NCBI GenBank assembly: GCA_951406725.2
Contig: OX597834.1
Span: 11,532,001 to 11,596,000 of the forward strand
Reading direction: 5' to 3'
Origin: Octopus vulgaris
Lineage: Eukaryota
Length of the DNA stretch: 64,000 bases
Below are positions 40,578 through 54,764 of the stretch, piece after piece. The notes under the pieces are model-generated. The model was not told where the DNA came from. It searched no databases and saw only the letters and a list, made by a program, of their open reading frames with translations. Positions within the stretch are counted from its first letter, which is position 1. Every line of letters starts with the position of its first letter. A program made the position numbers and the translations under genes.

Positions 40578-42570
40578 ATATAAATACGCATAAACTGTGT
40601 GATCTTGCCTAGAAAGCTTTTGACCTGGGTCTTGTTAGTGAAAACTGATCAGCCAATAAAGACCACTAAAGAGAATAAAATACGACACAATAAATTTAGT
40701 AATAATTATTTCTGTTGTAGGAAAAATGCCTAAAATTTCGGAAGAGGGAATTAGTTTCTTTGATTCCAGTGCTCAACCGGCAAATATTTCATCATTTCTG
40801 GAATGATGAAAGTCAACTTCTGTGGCATTTGAACTCAGAACATAGACCCTGATATTCCACGAAGTACTAATGATTCAGACCACCTCACCCACTGTGAGGA
40901 CTTAGTAACTTTGGCTTCAAAATTTCGCGCAAGGGCCGCAATTTGTGAGGAAGGGTAAGTCGATTGTATCGACCACAGTGAATGGTACTTATTTTATTGA
41001 CCTCAAAAGGAATAAAGGAAAAGTAGACCTAGGTGGAATTTGAACTCAGAACAAAGACGGACGAAATATCGCTAAGCACTTTGTCCGCCGTGTTAATGAT
41101 TCTGTCCGCACACTCCCTTCAAAAACACAAAAGTAAATAAAATAGGAAATTATATTGATTTTAAATTTTGGCACAAGGCCAGCAATTACGGAGGAGTGGG
41201 TAAGCCGATTTGAACACGGGCGTAAAGACAGGCGAAATGCCACCGAGCATACAGCATACTTGCTTTATTGATTCATAATTATTTAATATTGTTGTTACTA
41301 TTGCAGCTTAAATGGATGCCATTCCCGATCGAACTGGCCTTTTAGTTATAGAATATTTAGTCTATGTACAACAGCCGTCAATCGCAATAGATTATGATTT
41401 GCCAAATTGTACCATGATTTCGCTAATTGTTTTAGGTGTTCATGTAGTCAGGACAAGACATCGATCCACACTCTGATTCTACCCTTTCAAATTTTCCCGG
41501 AGACATATAAAGAATCTCAAAGATGGATGGAGATAAGCCAGCCACCGGAACTGGAATTACACTCTTTGTATCACCAACCTGAATAAATAAAGCGAAATCA
41601 TTCTAAATGGGTGGGGTTGAATTCAGAGCTAATTTATCCTAGAACAAATATTGCAATGCTTTATATCCCAAGTTTCAATAAGTCAACAAACAGACGGACG
41701 TTTATCGTTTCTAAATCTCAAATCTTTATGACTTCAGAGAAAATCCAGCTGTTATTCTTAGGTAGTTCTAAAATTATCGAGTGGAATGCATTTTTTTTTA
41801 TATGTGTATATTCTATCTATTTTAAACACGACTGTTTTCCAATACGGAATCTTATCCATCAATTCGTATAACATAATGAACAATACGTTTTACACTTAAC
41901 TCATTCCATATACCAATCTATTTCTCTATCAGTTCCTTACACAGAAGACAAAAGCAGGAAAATAATCAATGAATCATTTTCTTTTACTGAGTAAATTCTG
42001 TTTTATTGTTATAATAATCTATTTGTTTTTACTCTTCAATTAATATAGTTTTTCTTGTGTCTCTCTTTTTACATTTTTGTACTAGATAAATGTTTTCATA
42101 TTCACAAAAGAAAACAAAATACTTCATGATTACAATTTATTTTATCATTCTTGTTTATTTCTTTCTTTTGTTTTTAATTCGCTGTTGATGTTGTTGCTGC
42201 TGTTGTTGTTATTTGTATTCTTACAGATGTTGTAATTTCAATGCATTCAGAGAATACACTGAGGGCTCTTGTATGGAAATCTATTCATCTTTTATGTATT
42301 AAATATGTTTCTATTTTTCCTTTGCAGATATATGTCAATGTGTATCTCTGTATATCTCTTCTACCGCATACACACTTTTTTTTTTCCCTCTCCACACATC
42401 TCTCGCGATCTCTCATATACAAATAAAAATCTATACACAAGAAAATAAGGCAGAAATAAATGAGAATACACACATCTATATATATGCTTAACTGCATGCA
42501 TATATGTGTGTGTGTGTTTGCATGTTTGTACACACGCAGACACTCACACACACAGATATACATACACACA

Positions 42571-42602
<32 letters not shown>

Positions 42603-42654
42603 TTATGTATACACATATGTATATGTACATATACATATATATATATATATATAT

Positions 42655-42965
42655 ATGTAGATATACATATATTTACATATACATATGTAGATCTACATAT
42701 GTATGTATATATATATATATATACATACGTAGATATACATACATGCATACATACATATGTAGATATACATATGTAGATATGCATACATACATATGTAGAT
42801 ATACATACATGCATGCATACATACATATGTAGATATACATACATGCATGCATACATACATATGTAGATATACATACATGCATACATACATATGTAGATAT
42901 ACATACATGCATACATACATGCATACATACATACATGCATACATACATATGTAGATATACATACA

Positions 42966-42970
<5 letters not shown>
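42655..42970. repeat. Minisatellite atgtagatatacatac(atgc)n
   Basis: About 9 variable units. Confidence 0.85.
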
Positions 42971-43010
<40 letters not shown>

Positions 43011-43892
43011 GTGTATATATCTATCTATCAATCTGTGTGTGTTTGTGTGAGCGAGTGTGTGATGGTGTGTGTGTGTTTTTGTGAGCGAGTGTGCGATGGT
43101 GTGTGTGTGTAGCAGTATGAGAAATTTGAGTATCATAGCAGTAACGTTTTATGAAAGACATTTAATCACTGGCAGTACACAAGGTCTCAAGAAATAGTCG
43201 GAGTGATTAATTTCTTTCTTTCTCCGTATCTAACAGGCATGTAAAATTATCTTTAACTATTTTGATATCTCACAATAACGAAATTATGGGGTACTTACTG
43301 GATGTCGGACCGTCACCCTCTAGAATTATTTTTTAAGAATAATCAGGCTTTGCCTTTTAATATATTCTTTTCTACTCTAAAAGCAAGGCCCGGCACTTTT
43401 GGGGTAAAAGAACCAGTGGGTTAGATCGACCCCAGTATGCGACTGGTAATTAATGTATTGAACCCGAAAGTATGAAAGGCAAAGTTGACTTCGACGGAAT
43501 TTGAACTCAGAACGTAAAGAGATTACAGACAAAATGACTAATCATTTCCTGTACAATATTCAGTGTTTTTTAGCTGACTTCCCCAGCGATTGATACAGAA
43601 ATAAACCAAGAACAGATGTTGACGCAAAATGGTTATTTAATGCCTCGACAAGAATTAATAAATGTCTTTAAATTGTTGTAAAATATTCAGAGAACTGTAG
43701 TAAAGGAATGAAACTTGTGACACTAGAATACGAACCACATTCCAACGGTGTCACAGCTTTGAAGACAGGAGCTAGACAAATATAGTAATTACTTTCACTC
43801 AGTCGTCCATACCGTCATAAGACCTATATATATGTATGTATGTATTATATACACACGAACTTGTTACATACGCATATATTTACAACCATACA

Positions 43893-43934
<42 letters not shown>

Positions 43935-44061
43935 CTTGCTACATACGTATACATTTACATACATACATACATACATTCAAGGTGGTAAAAATTGTGGAAA
44001 AATAGTATTCGAACACCAGAGGTAAAGTAATATGCTTTATTAAAAGCAGCAAAAATATCAC

Positions 44062-44108
44062 AAAATTTGTTACTCAGAGTTTCACATTATCGTTCGTCAG
44101 TCAATTTT
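44062..44108 (-). ncRNA. Family P2 hammerhead motif (canonical core, damaged stem I)
   Basis: AAAAUUGA-CUGACGA-ACG auaa UGU-GAAA-CUC U GAG-UA-ACAAAUUUU; inverted partner at 44613-44658. Confidence 0.65.
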
Positions 44109-44280
44109 GTTTATATATCGAAATAAGGTGATTAAAATCACAATAAACAAAAAGTACGATCGTACTGCATTATCTCTGGATATCCTTGTTCCTTATTTTG
44201 ATTATTATCACCTTATTTTTTTGAAATTTATGGATAATACCGTACTGAATAATGATGCCTTAACTTAAGTGTGTGTGTGT

Positions 44281-44566
44281 GGAGGCGCAATGGCCCAGAG
44301 GTTAGGGCAGCGGACTCGCGGTTTCGATTCCCAGACCGGGCGTTGTGAGTGTTTATTGAGCGAAAACACCTAAAGCTCCACGAGGCTTCGGCAGGGGGTG
44401 CGGGGTGGCGATCCCTGCTGTACTCTTTCGCCGCAACTTTCTCTCACTTTTTCTTCTGTTGGCCTGCTTGTTTATCCAGCGGGGTGGCGTCATTTGAAGG
44501 CTAAAACAATGCGAAGCGCACTGTGACCAGCGATGTGTAGCAACTTCTAATACCTGGTCGGTGACG

Positions 44567-44570
<4 letters not shown>
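44281..44570 (+). mobile_element. SINE family C, tail type 2
   Basis: Homology; ends in (TA)n. Confidence 0.85.
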
Positions 44571-44609
<39 letters not shown>

Positions 44610-44612
44610 TCT

Positions 44613-44658
44613 CCGACGAACGGTAGCGTGAAACTCTGAGTAACAGTTTTTGTGATAT
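44613..44658 (+). ncRNA. Family P2 hammerhead fragment (5' stem I strand missing)
   Basis: CCGACGA-ACG guag CGU-GAAA-CUC U GAG-UA-ACAGUUUU. Confidence 0.55.
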
Positions 44659-45200
44659 ATATGCATTCACACCTACGCGGGAACGAAGGAATGAAATGAA
44701 TTCTCAATGATATTTATTGATTATAGTTTCAAAACTGAAGTAACAACAATCGTATCTTATGTTCATCATCAAGAACACATGTAGCAAATGCACTAATCAT
44801 TTTGTCTGCAATAATTTTAATGAATTGCAATTATGTTTTATAATTATGGGGTGATAATGACAATAACAACATCAAACAACAACAACAACAACATCAAAAA
44901 TATAAATGACAAAGATAATTATAGTAATGATGATGATGTTGATGACGATGACGACAATGATAGTGATGATGATGTTAATAATAATAATATTGACAATAAT
45001 AATAATAATAATGATAATAATAACAATAATAATAATGATACTAATAATAATTAGCCAAAACTGTTCATACATGCCAACGAATAAAGTGCTAATACATGAG
45101 GTTAAAAATTGCTATGTAAAATCTTTGTGATTGCTGAGGATGTTATACAATGAATATTTGAAGCATTCGATGAAAAAGAAATCCCGGACACAACCTGAAA

Positions 45201-45706
45201 CCTATATATATATATATAAAACTCAACTTGTGTGTCTGTGTGTATGTCTGTGTGTGTATCTGTGTTTAACTTCCCGACACATCTCTTCCTAGCCAACAAA
45301 TCGTAGAACCACCAAAAATGGGTCACTTAAAGTTTAGGCGAATGAAAATTGAACTGCGCTATTTCTGTTCCGAAATTCATCTCGCTAGTGCAAAAATCGA
45401 TAATGTGTTTGTTTAGGCCTTATCCCATGAACTGTACTCAGTTAGCTGTTTGACGTGAACTGTGTTCACCACGTGTGGAAGCATGCGTAAATTGCATGAA
45501 AAATAAATAAAAAAATCAAGATATAAAAACGAATCGCCGTAAATATTGTAGAAATTTTGCAAAGAAATGAATTTTCGGGATGTAGCCTGGAGGTTTTTTT
45601 TCGTATTAATCGTTTGGATTTGTGAACACATACCAATTGTTTTCATAACATTTTTAACGCTTTGAATTAAATGTGACCATTTTGCAAAGCCGGGCAAAAC
45701 TGCTAG
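45201..45706 (+). mobile_element. Non-autonomous Helitron, second family
   Basis: ctatatata...aaaactcaacttgtgtgtctg start; gcaaagccgggcaaaactgCTAG|T end. Confidence 0.65.
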
Positions 45707-46139
45707 TATCATATAATACAAAAACAAATACAATAAAATGACATACTGTATAACCCAACAATACACCGGTGGGAACCCATCTGCTATCTCGGGGAAAACT
45801 ATCTCACGGATCACATACTGTCTCTGAGTGCAATGATAATCGGGAGCATCACAAAGCTCCCTACAAGATACTTTTTCCATTGGTGATAGTGAAAGTGTGC
45901 CGCCTGCTCGTTGTATTTTGAAAGATTTATCTTTTCTACTCTAAGCAAACGGCCCGCAATTTTGGGAGGAAGAGGCCAGTCGATTATATCGATTCTAGTA
46001 CGAAACTGCTACTTAATTTATCGACCCTGAAAGCAAAGTCGAACGCGTCGGAATTTTGAGTGAATAATATGAAGTATTATTCATCTTGTCTCCACCTATA
46101 TCGATATCTTTTACCTGACAACTACAAATGGTACTGTGA

Positions 46140-46457
46140 AGACGCATGGCTTAGTGGTTAGATGTTTGCTTACAATCGTAATGCCGTGACTTCAATTCCT
46201 GGCGATAAGTTGTGTCTTTGAGCAACACGCTTTATTTCACGTTGTTCCAGTTCTCTTCGCTGGCAAAAATTAATTATACCTGTAATTCAAAGGGCCAGCC
46301 TTGTCGCACTCTGTATCAATCTGAATCTCCCAAAGAACTTCGTTAAGGGTACACGTGTCTGTGGAGTGTTCAGCTACTTGCACGTTAATTTCACGAGCAG
46401 GCTGTTCCGTTGATCGGTTCAACTCGAACTCGCGTCGTCGTAACCGATGGAGAGCCA
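46140..46457 (+). mobile_element. Chimeric SINE: family-D-like head with family C type 1 tail
   Basis: Tail matches 10440-10590; head differs. Confidence 0.7.
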
Positions 46458-48906
46458 ATTACGAATGGGGCCATAAAATATTCACCTAATTGTAAATGAC
46501 TATTAGAACATCGCCATTCGTTTGCAGCAGCATGAACTTAATATTAACCATAGAATATGACCCTGTTGTAGTGTTCTCCGCCTCCTGTGTTTAGGCATTA
46601 ACCCTTTCCCTCGCTTTTGTTTATTTCTGCCCACTTCATATACTTCCTTTTCCTCGGCCTTCATCAAGAGAATGAGTGGCGACGGGGAAATGAAAAGAGA
46701 GGGCGGGAATTTTACCGGTATAAATCAATTGAGCGATTGTAATAAAATAGAAAAATTATCCAGGCGGAATTTCTAAGGAAAAAGAAGAATGAAGGCTTAA
46801 TATTAATATTATACAGTTACATAAGGCGGTGAGCTGGGAAAATTTTCATCACGCCGACAAAACGCCCAGCGGTATTTCATTTGTCGTTACGTCTGATTTT
46901 AAATGCCATAGAGGTCGACATTTTCTTTCATCATTCCGGAGTCGGTCAAATAAGTACCAGCTGTGCGCTGGTTTCGAAATAATCGACTTTAACCATCTCT
47001 CAAAATTGTTAGCCTTCTTTCAAAATTTGAACTCAATATTACTATTTTACGTTTGTCTTTATGTTTTAAGTTCGAATTTTATCAAGGTCGACTTTGCTTT
47101 TCAGCCTTTCGGATCGAGAGAAGAATTAGCTGGGGAACATTGGGGTCGATGTAATCTACTTAATTCCTACTCGAAATTGTTGCACTGTGCCAAAATTGGA
47201 AACCGATAGAATATCGTTAAATATTTACTGTTTACATTTTTACGGGATATTTCTACGAAGGCTTTTGTTGGGGAGCAACAGGTAATCATAAGATGCTATT
47301 AAATAGAACTAAAGATTTTACAGGGATTTATTATTTTAATGGAGATTGGGGATATGTAAAGTAATTTCCAACAGAAACACCAATTTCTAAATAAATATTA
47401 CGATGTTCATTTTCCAATAATTTACTGTTTTCTTCCTTTATTTTATTTGCTGTAATGCAATCTTAATGACATAGAAAATATGGGGCTAGTTTATTTAAAG
47501 CTTTGCTATTTAATATAAGCATTAATATATTTTAAACGAAAAAAATATGGCAAAAAAATCGTTGTATCGACGTAAACATAACCAGTTATCCAACGAAATG
47601 TTTTCGTTCGTTGAGATGTCTTTACAAACGGCGATTATCGTTTCGTTATTATCTCGTTCAATTAGTTTGTTATTGGTTGTACAGATAATGTATAGTATTA
47701 CAAAGTTATTTATTTCAATATATTTCTTGAAGGATATGCACCGAATGACATGGAAATATTTAGCCTATTTTCTTAATATTTTAATACATGAATCTACTTG
47801 AACACTGCCGATATTAAACGTAACTTGTCTCGTGAAAATATTTGAATAAGAAAACATTGGTATCAGAACAAAAATGTTTGCAATACTATGATTTTAGTTG
47901 TATGCTTCAAATATCTTTGTAAGAATATAATCATTGTATATACATACATACACTCACACATATGTATACATCACACACACATATATATACGATGAGAGAT
48001 TGATATAAAAAGATCACATAAGCAGAGCAAATATATTTACTCACTATCATACTTGAGCGTACACATAGAGAGATAAATATGCATATAAGCACAGACACAT
48101 ACACACATAGTTAATTATTGCTTTTTAAATATTTGCTACCGTGTCACATCGCATGAGTTTATAAATAATATCAATAAGGACAGACAACCTCCAATTTTGT
48201 TTGTCTTACATGGTCTCTCAACACAGCATTTTACATATTGTTATTTATAACTTCATGTGATGTGCTTCAAGAGTCAATATTACAAAGAAAGAATTATTTC
48301 GCGTTCTCTCGAAAGTTATTGATACTTATTGATATCGAAAATATTATATATGTATAAGAGCGTGTGAATGAGAGAGAGAGAGACACACACAGACAGAAAG
48401 CGAGGGAGAGAAAGAGAGAGTTTGTGTGTGTGTGCATGCAACCATAGCCCCACTTGCGTATTTGCGTAATTGTCTGTCTGTATGTGTCTCTTCTCATGCT
48501 CGCCTTTCCTTTGCAGAGATCCTTATAAAAATAAACCTTAAAAGAACCTCACAAACACATTGGGACGCACACAATACTCAGGTACGAATGTATATTTAGA
48601 CAAACAAATATTCTCGCTAACACAACTCCCACTGGCTTATTTCTTTTTCATGAACGCTCATCATGAACGTAGGTTAATGAGACGGTTGTGATCTATAAAC
48701 AGTCTTGAGAAGGAACCAGAAAGAGACGTGTGAACATGCAATGCGTATGTGCACAGTGGATTCATAAAACGGAAGACAAGAATAAAACTAGTTATATGGT
48801 GGTCTGCAGGCCACATCTGACACTACTATGATGCAGGCTTGCTGCATTTTTTCTCGTTCTTTAAATCTTTCTCTCTCTCTTGCACGAAGATATAAGTGTT
48901 ACTTAC

Positions 48907-49074
48907 TGACATGGATCCACTTTTGTTGAGAAGCTGTAAATCGGTTTGGATTTCGTATATCTCCATGTCCCGCATTATTTTGTTCGTGTAGCTGTTATCC
49001 GGGTCCACAATTCGAAAGCCGGTCAAATTCACAAAGTTGTGTTTGAAGTCCTCCATATCAATTGTTTCAACGTC
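48907..49074 (-). CDS. Internal exon of ionotropic glutamate receptor (kainate-like), amino-terminal domain: DVETIDMEDFKHNFVNLTGFRIVDPDNSYTNKIMRDMEIYEIQTDLQLLNKSGSMS
   Basis: 168 nt, phase 0/0, acceptor ttcttccag|GAC, donor TCA|gtaagt; the D..T.D.EDF.....N.TGFR.VD motif matches the kainate/AMPA receptor ATD. Confidence 0.92.
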
Positions 49075-49424
49075 CTGGAAGAATTAATAAACGAGAAATG
49101 AAACAAGTAAATACATACGCATGCACAAACACGCACACATTTATGTATATATATATATATCTGCGTGTTGGTTGCTAATTAGTAAAAAAATATTATAATG
49201 TATGAAATATCATTAGGAATTCAAATATAATAACATATAATTAAAAAGAAGCCACCCCACAAAAAACCCCACAAGTTTAACAGGTCCAAGGAAAGAACCA
49301 GTCGATTATATCAACCCGCCAGTTCCTTAGTAGCTGATTGGTACATTATTTTATCAACTCCGAAAATAATGAAAGCAATGTTTGAACCCCAAAAGTTAAA
49401 AACTGTCAAGACTATATATATATA

Positions 49425-49474
<50 letters not shown>

Positions 49475-49883
49475 GCATATTCAAAGGCTAAGGCGCGGCT
49501 ATGTGGTAAGAAGCTTACTTCCCAACCACATGGATTCAGGTTGAGTTCCACAGATGGCATCTTGTGCAAGTGTCTTTTACTATTGTCCCGGACCGACCAA
49601 AGTCTTGTGAGTGGATTTGGTAGACAGAAACTGAAAGAATCCCGGTGTTGGTCAAAACGGACTGATAGAATAAGTACCAGACTTAAAATGAATAAGCAAG
49701 CACTAGGGTCACTTCATTCGACTAAAAATTCCTCAAGGTCACGCTCTAATGACCGATGCAAGTAAAAGACAAAAATTTGCGTATGGATGAATGGATGGGT
49801 GGAAACAATCTACTTATTGTATTTGTACGTATATGTATATGAGAATAACACAAGTGGAACAAAAGCACACACGAAGACGAAAA

Positions 49884-49923
49884 GTGTCACTGAAGAGGTC
49901 ACAGATGTGTGACGAAAGATTTG
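49884..49923 (+). ncRNA. Hammerhead-like motif, canonical CUGAAGA core, degenerate 3' stem I
   Basis: GUGUCA-CUGAAGA-G-GUCACA gaug UGUGAC-GAAA-GAUUU; same architecture as the 67-117 motif. Confidence 0.55.
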
Positions 49924-50009
49924 CGGATAATGAACACGAGTTAAAATAAGAGCAGTAATAAACGAATGAAGAACAATATATAGTGCGTGTGTTTATTTAG
50001 CAAATATAT

Positions 50010-50314
50010 AGGTGCAATGGCCCATTGGTTAGGGCAGCGGACTCGCGGTCGTAGGATCGCAGTTTCGATTCCCGGACCAGGCGTTGTGAGTGTTTATTGA
50101 GCGAAAACGCCTAAAGCTCCACGAAGCTCCGGCAGGGGGTGTTGGCGATCCCTGCTGTACTCTTTCGCCACGACTTTCTCTCACTCTTTCTTCTGTTGGC
50201 CTGCTCGCTTAGTCAGCGGGGTGGCGCTATTGACAGCTAAAACAATGCGCTTCGCATTGTGACCAGCGATGTGTAGCAACATCTGATGACCTGGTCGATC
50301 ACGGTGATCACGGT

Positions 50315-50317
<3 letters not shown>
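50010..50317 (+). mobile_element. SINE family C, tail type 2
   Basis: Homology; ends in (TA)n. Confidence 0.85.
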
Positions 50318-50379
<62 letters not shown>

Positions 50380-51884
50380 TTGGTAAACGCTTGTTACGAT
50401 CTCAAGGTTACGTCATAGCTAATTGGGTTAAGGGTATAGTGCTAAAATGTGACATGATTTCCTCGAGGAAACGGAACAGAGTTTTGCTGCAAAGCTACAG
50501 AGAACAATGATAGGACAACCAGAAAGCTTGTGTTTCTGCATGCTGGTAAGAATATACACAATAGATGTAAACGATTGATTAATGCTGAAGTAAAATTTCC
50601 TTGGAATAAGCGCTGTCGTGAGATTGATGTTTTAATTGTACAGATAGCAATTCTTTTGTTGTTAAAATATATATTGTTCCTTGCTTAATCTGCCCCAGAA
50701 ATTCCTATTGCAAATATGCAAGAGAGCTTTCTTCCTATACACGTCAGTCCGAAGAATAAAAACGCCATTGTGACGTCACCTCAATTTCTGTTTTATCTTT
50801 TGTTCGCGTATTCTGGTTCTTTCATCAACTTGTATTGTCCTATTCACTACTTACTGATCCCAGCATCGCTAGTATCTGGAACGTGTCCGTGTCTATCTTA
50901 AAAGGCTATCTAACTCTTTATAACTGCTGGATACATTCCTTAAATGCTTTACTATTTTAAATTTATTGTCCTCCTAATGCACATCATTAACACGGTAATC
51001 GCCATCATCATAGCATCAAAGGAACGTATTTGCTTTTAAGCTTACATTTATATACCGTTATAATAGTACTTCCGTTATGCTATGTTTATTAATACAGTTT
51101 TATGAGTTTTGCTATAGAAAATAATGTTCGTTATATTGCTTTACTAAGTAGTAGCAAGCCTCCATTCAATATTTTTAAATGATCTTCGTATTCAGATCTT
51201 GCATCGGAGGTAAAAATATATGCGAGCTTCCACAATACATTTTCGCTCTACGTAGTCGCAACTGAAAATTTCGGAATGTATGCTAAGTGATTTAGCGAGA
51301 TTGTTCTATTTCCGTTCGTATTTTGTTAGCAACGATTCTCCAAATCCTAATTTTCCACCCAGGAAACGTGTGTCATTTGAATCATAGACATATAAGTATT
51401 CCTTTGACTACAATACACATCTTTTTTCTATGTAACAACCTTTTGGCTGTTACATATTCTCAATTGAGATCGAATTTGTTCAAACAAGTCAAAATCAGTT
51501 TAGTTCAATAGATATTTAATACAAGACAATATTGGATATGTACGGAGACCCATTTAACGTCGTTCATTATCCTCGCCATACGTATCTCATATACATATTC
51601 TAGTTTAGGTTTTCTGTTTTTTTTCTTTTTTTGTTTTTTTTCTGGTCTCTTATTTTGTGATTGTCTTATGTTGTTCGTAATCGAATCCAAACTCTTGTGA
51701 GAATGATGTACTGCAGTGATAATCGATTTAAATCTAATCCAATTTCTGGGGAGATTTTTACTACTGCAGTGGTTGATCGATTACTTTTTGTTTGTTTATT
51801 TCTTTTTTTTTCTTTCGGTCATTCTTCTTTTTCTTCATCATCATGGTTGTTACCTTTCTTTATATTTTACTTTTCCCTCGTCCC

Positions 51885-52880
51885 CATCTACTACTGCTAT
51901 TACTACTAATGCTGCTGCTACTACTACCACTACTACTAATGCTACTACTACTACTACTACTACTACTAATAATAATACTACTACTAATATTACTGCTACT
52001 ACTACTGATACTTCTACTACTACTATTACTGATACTACTACTACTGCTGCTGCTGCTGCCGCTCCTTCCAATGCTATGAATTTGGTTGTTGATGTTGTTG
52101 TGCTGGTGGTTAATAATAATGGAGGCCAGGAAGTTGACAACGACAGCGGAGACGTTGGCAAGGGGAAAACGGAAGAGGATGCTGCTGCTGATGATGATAC
52201 TAATACAAATAGTATCAACTTCAGCTCTACCAAAGCTGCCACTACAATCACTACTACTAACAAAACTATTACTACGGCTACTACTGTTGTTACTACTACT
52301 ACTTCTACTACTAATATTACTGCTACTACTACTACTAATAATACTACTGTTGCTACTACTGCCACTACTCATACTACTGCTGCTACTACTACTACTACTA
52401 GTGGTGATGCTGCTGCTGCTACTACTACTACGACTACTACTACGACTACTACTACTAGTGGTGATGCTGCTACTACTAGTACTACTAATACTACTAGGAC
52501 TGCTGATGTTTCTACTGCTAGCACTACTACTACTAATACTACCTCTACAACTACTGGTGATGCTACTACTACTACCTCTACTACTATTGCTGCTACTACT
52601 ACCACTATTGCTGCTGCTCCTACTACTACTACTACTACAACTACTACTACTACTCTTATAATTTTATCTTCTATTTCTACTCCGTCATATTTATTCATTT
52701 CCTCCTTGCCTAATCATCACAATCACAAACCGTTATTATGTCCCCGATCCTCCCAACCACCCCTATCATCATCATCATCATCACCACCATCCTTCTTTTC
52801 GTACTCCACCTCCTCGTCCTCATCACACACTTTCTCCTCCTCCCCCTCCTCCTACTCATCATCATCATCATCATCATCAA
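51885..52880. repeat. Long degenerate (CTA)n/(CTG)n/(TCA)n/(TCC)n trinucleotide tract
   Basis: Visible triplet runs, open in several frames on both strands. Confidence 0.85.
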
Positions 52881-53281
52881 TACGTTTATCCTCACTCTGT
52901 TTGTCGTAAGAGTACTTTCAACATAATGACTATAATCGCCATCATCAGAAGTTGAAAGAAAAAAATATTTGCTTTGAAATAAGATAAATTTGCATTGACG
53001 TCGTTTTTGCTTATCTCAGTTGTTTGTTATCAATGTATATTCATCCGTATACATTCATAAAAATACATAAGAAACAAAAAAAAAAAAAAAAAAAAAATGA
53101 GGAATATTAATCACACTACAAGAGACCGAGATTAATTTCACTCAAGTTGTCTTAAATTGTTCAGAAATGGCGCAGGGAGGAAAAAACACACACATATGTA
53201 TATACGTCTATATAGATACCTACGTACGTATATCGTGCGTGTGTATGTATGTGTGTGTATATATATATATATATGTATGTG

Positions 53282-53357
<76 letters not shown>

Positions 53358-53609
53358 ATTATGTGACCGCGTGTGTATCGTTGGCGATTTTCTTTCTCCG
53401 TCTTCCCTTCCTTGAACACTCTCTCTCTTTCTCTTTTACTTGTTTCAGTCATTTGACTGCGGTCATGCTGGAGCACCACCTTTCATCGAGCAACTCGACC
53501 CCGGGACTTATACTTTTGTAAGTCCAGTACTTATTCTATCGGTCTGTTTTGCCGAACCGCTAAGTAACGGGGACATAAACACACCAGCATCGGTTGTCAA
53601 GCAATGCCA

Positions 53610-53760
53610 GCTTCTTTTTTCTATATTTCTGACGAAGAGCTCCGCTCGAAACGTTAAATCCCCCTGCTTTCTTTCGTTTACTGAACGTCTGATAACACTA
53701 TACTTGTTCCACGTCCTCGCGTTGTTGTGTTTTCTCTTTGTTCATGTATGAATTAACTAT
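53610..53760 (+). mobile_element. Family P1b element with intact hammerhead motif (53625-53659)
   Basis: AUUU-CUGACGA-A-GAGC ucc GCUC-GAAA-CG-UU-AAAU; stem I covaries relative to P1 (CUUU/AAAG). Confidence 0.75.
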
Positions 53761-53907
53761 ATATTTATATATATATTTATACACACACAAAATAGGTATG
53801 TAACTACATGTGGATTGTTGGCGATACTTGACAACTAGTGTTGCTTTGTTTACGTCCCACTGATTATCATCAATTCGGTAGAAAAGAGACCAATAATTAT
53901 CATAATT

Positions 53908-53948
<41 letters not shown>

Positions 53949-54764
53949 AAAAGCTCGTGGTCCATTTGTGCAACTAAAACCTTTCAAGGTGGCGCTCATG
54001 TATGGCCCTAATCCAATAACTGACACAAGTTAATAAAAGATAACTATATCACTTCGTTAATTAACAAATGCCGTAGTGTTTCTGTTTTCTTGAGGACATT
54101 TTACGTGTACACCTGCTTTTGAATTGGCTAAAAATTATATAGTGTACGTCTATATGATAAGGTTAAGAGGCTCTGGTTTTAAATAATCAATGATTTACCA
54201 TTGTCATTTCCACTTAGGTGACATGTAATAGTGTTAGAGAGATAATGGTATACATGTTGCGTTTATGGTTGTATTCGTGTTTATTTTTGTTTTGTAATCA
54301 GCTCTTCAGTGAAGATATTTTTGTTGTTGTTGTTGTAGCTATATTTACAGTATTCTTATTTATATCGTGGTAGTATTCGTGGAAGTTAAGATTCTATGTA
54401 TTTAGGATCGGAAACAGTTTCTAAGTATTAGAAATGTTACTTAAATTTCAATACATGGCTATGTTAGTGTTCACGTGTGTGTGTCGTGATGTATTTCTAT
54501 GTAGATTTTATTTTTTACGCATTTCAGTAATTAGACTAATGGCATTTTGGGTGCTGGGGCATCGTCTTGAAGAATTTTTAGTCGAATGAATCGATATCAA
54601 GAACATTTTAAAGCTTGGTGCCTATTCTATCGGTGTTTACCGAACCGTTAATTTCCGGGTACGTAAACACACCAACACCGGTTATCACGTGGTGGTAAGG
54701 AACAAACACTGACGTAAACACACACCATCTCACATATTTTAATTTTAATTTTTAATTTATTAAA

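Noticed and set aside
50855-50896. Candidate 42-nt phase-0 microexon (IDTDTFQILAMLGS) with gtaagt donor
   Set aside because: Weak acceptor and no match to the expected upstream kainate segment (..HY.FTTL); probably a pseudo-exon unless RNA-seq supports it
51716-52909. 397-aa Thr/Ser-rich mucin-like ORF
   Set aside because: Degenerate trinucleotide repeat open in several frames on both strands; no domain or splice support; antisense within an intron
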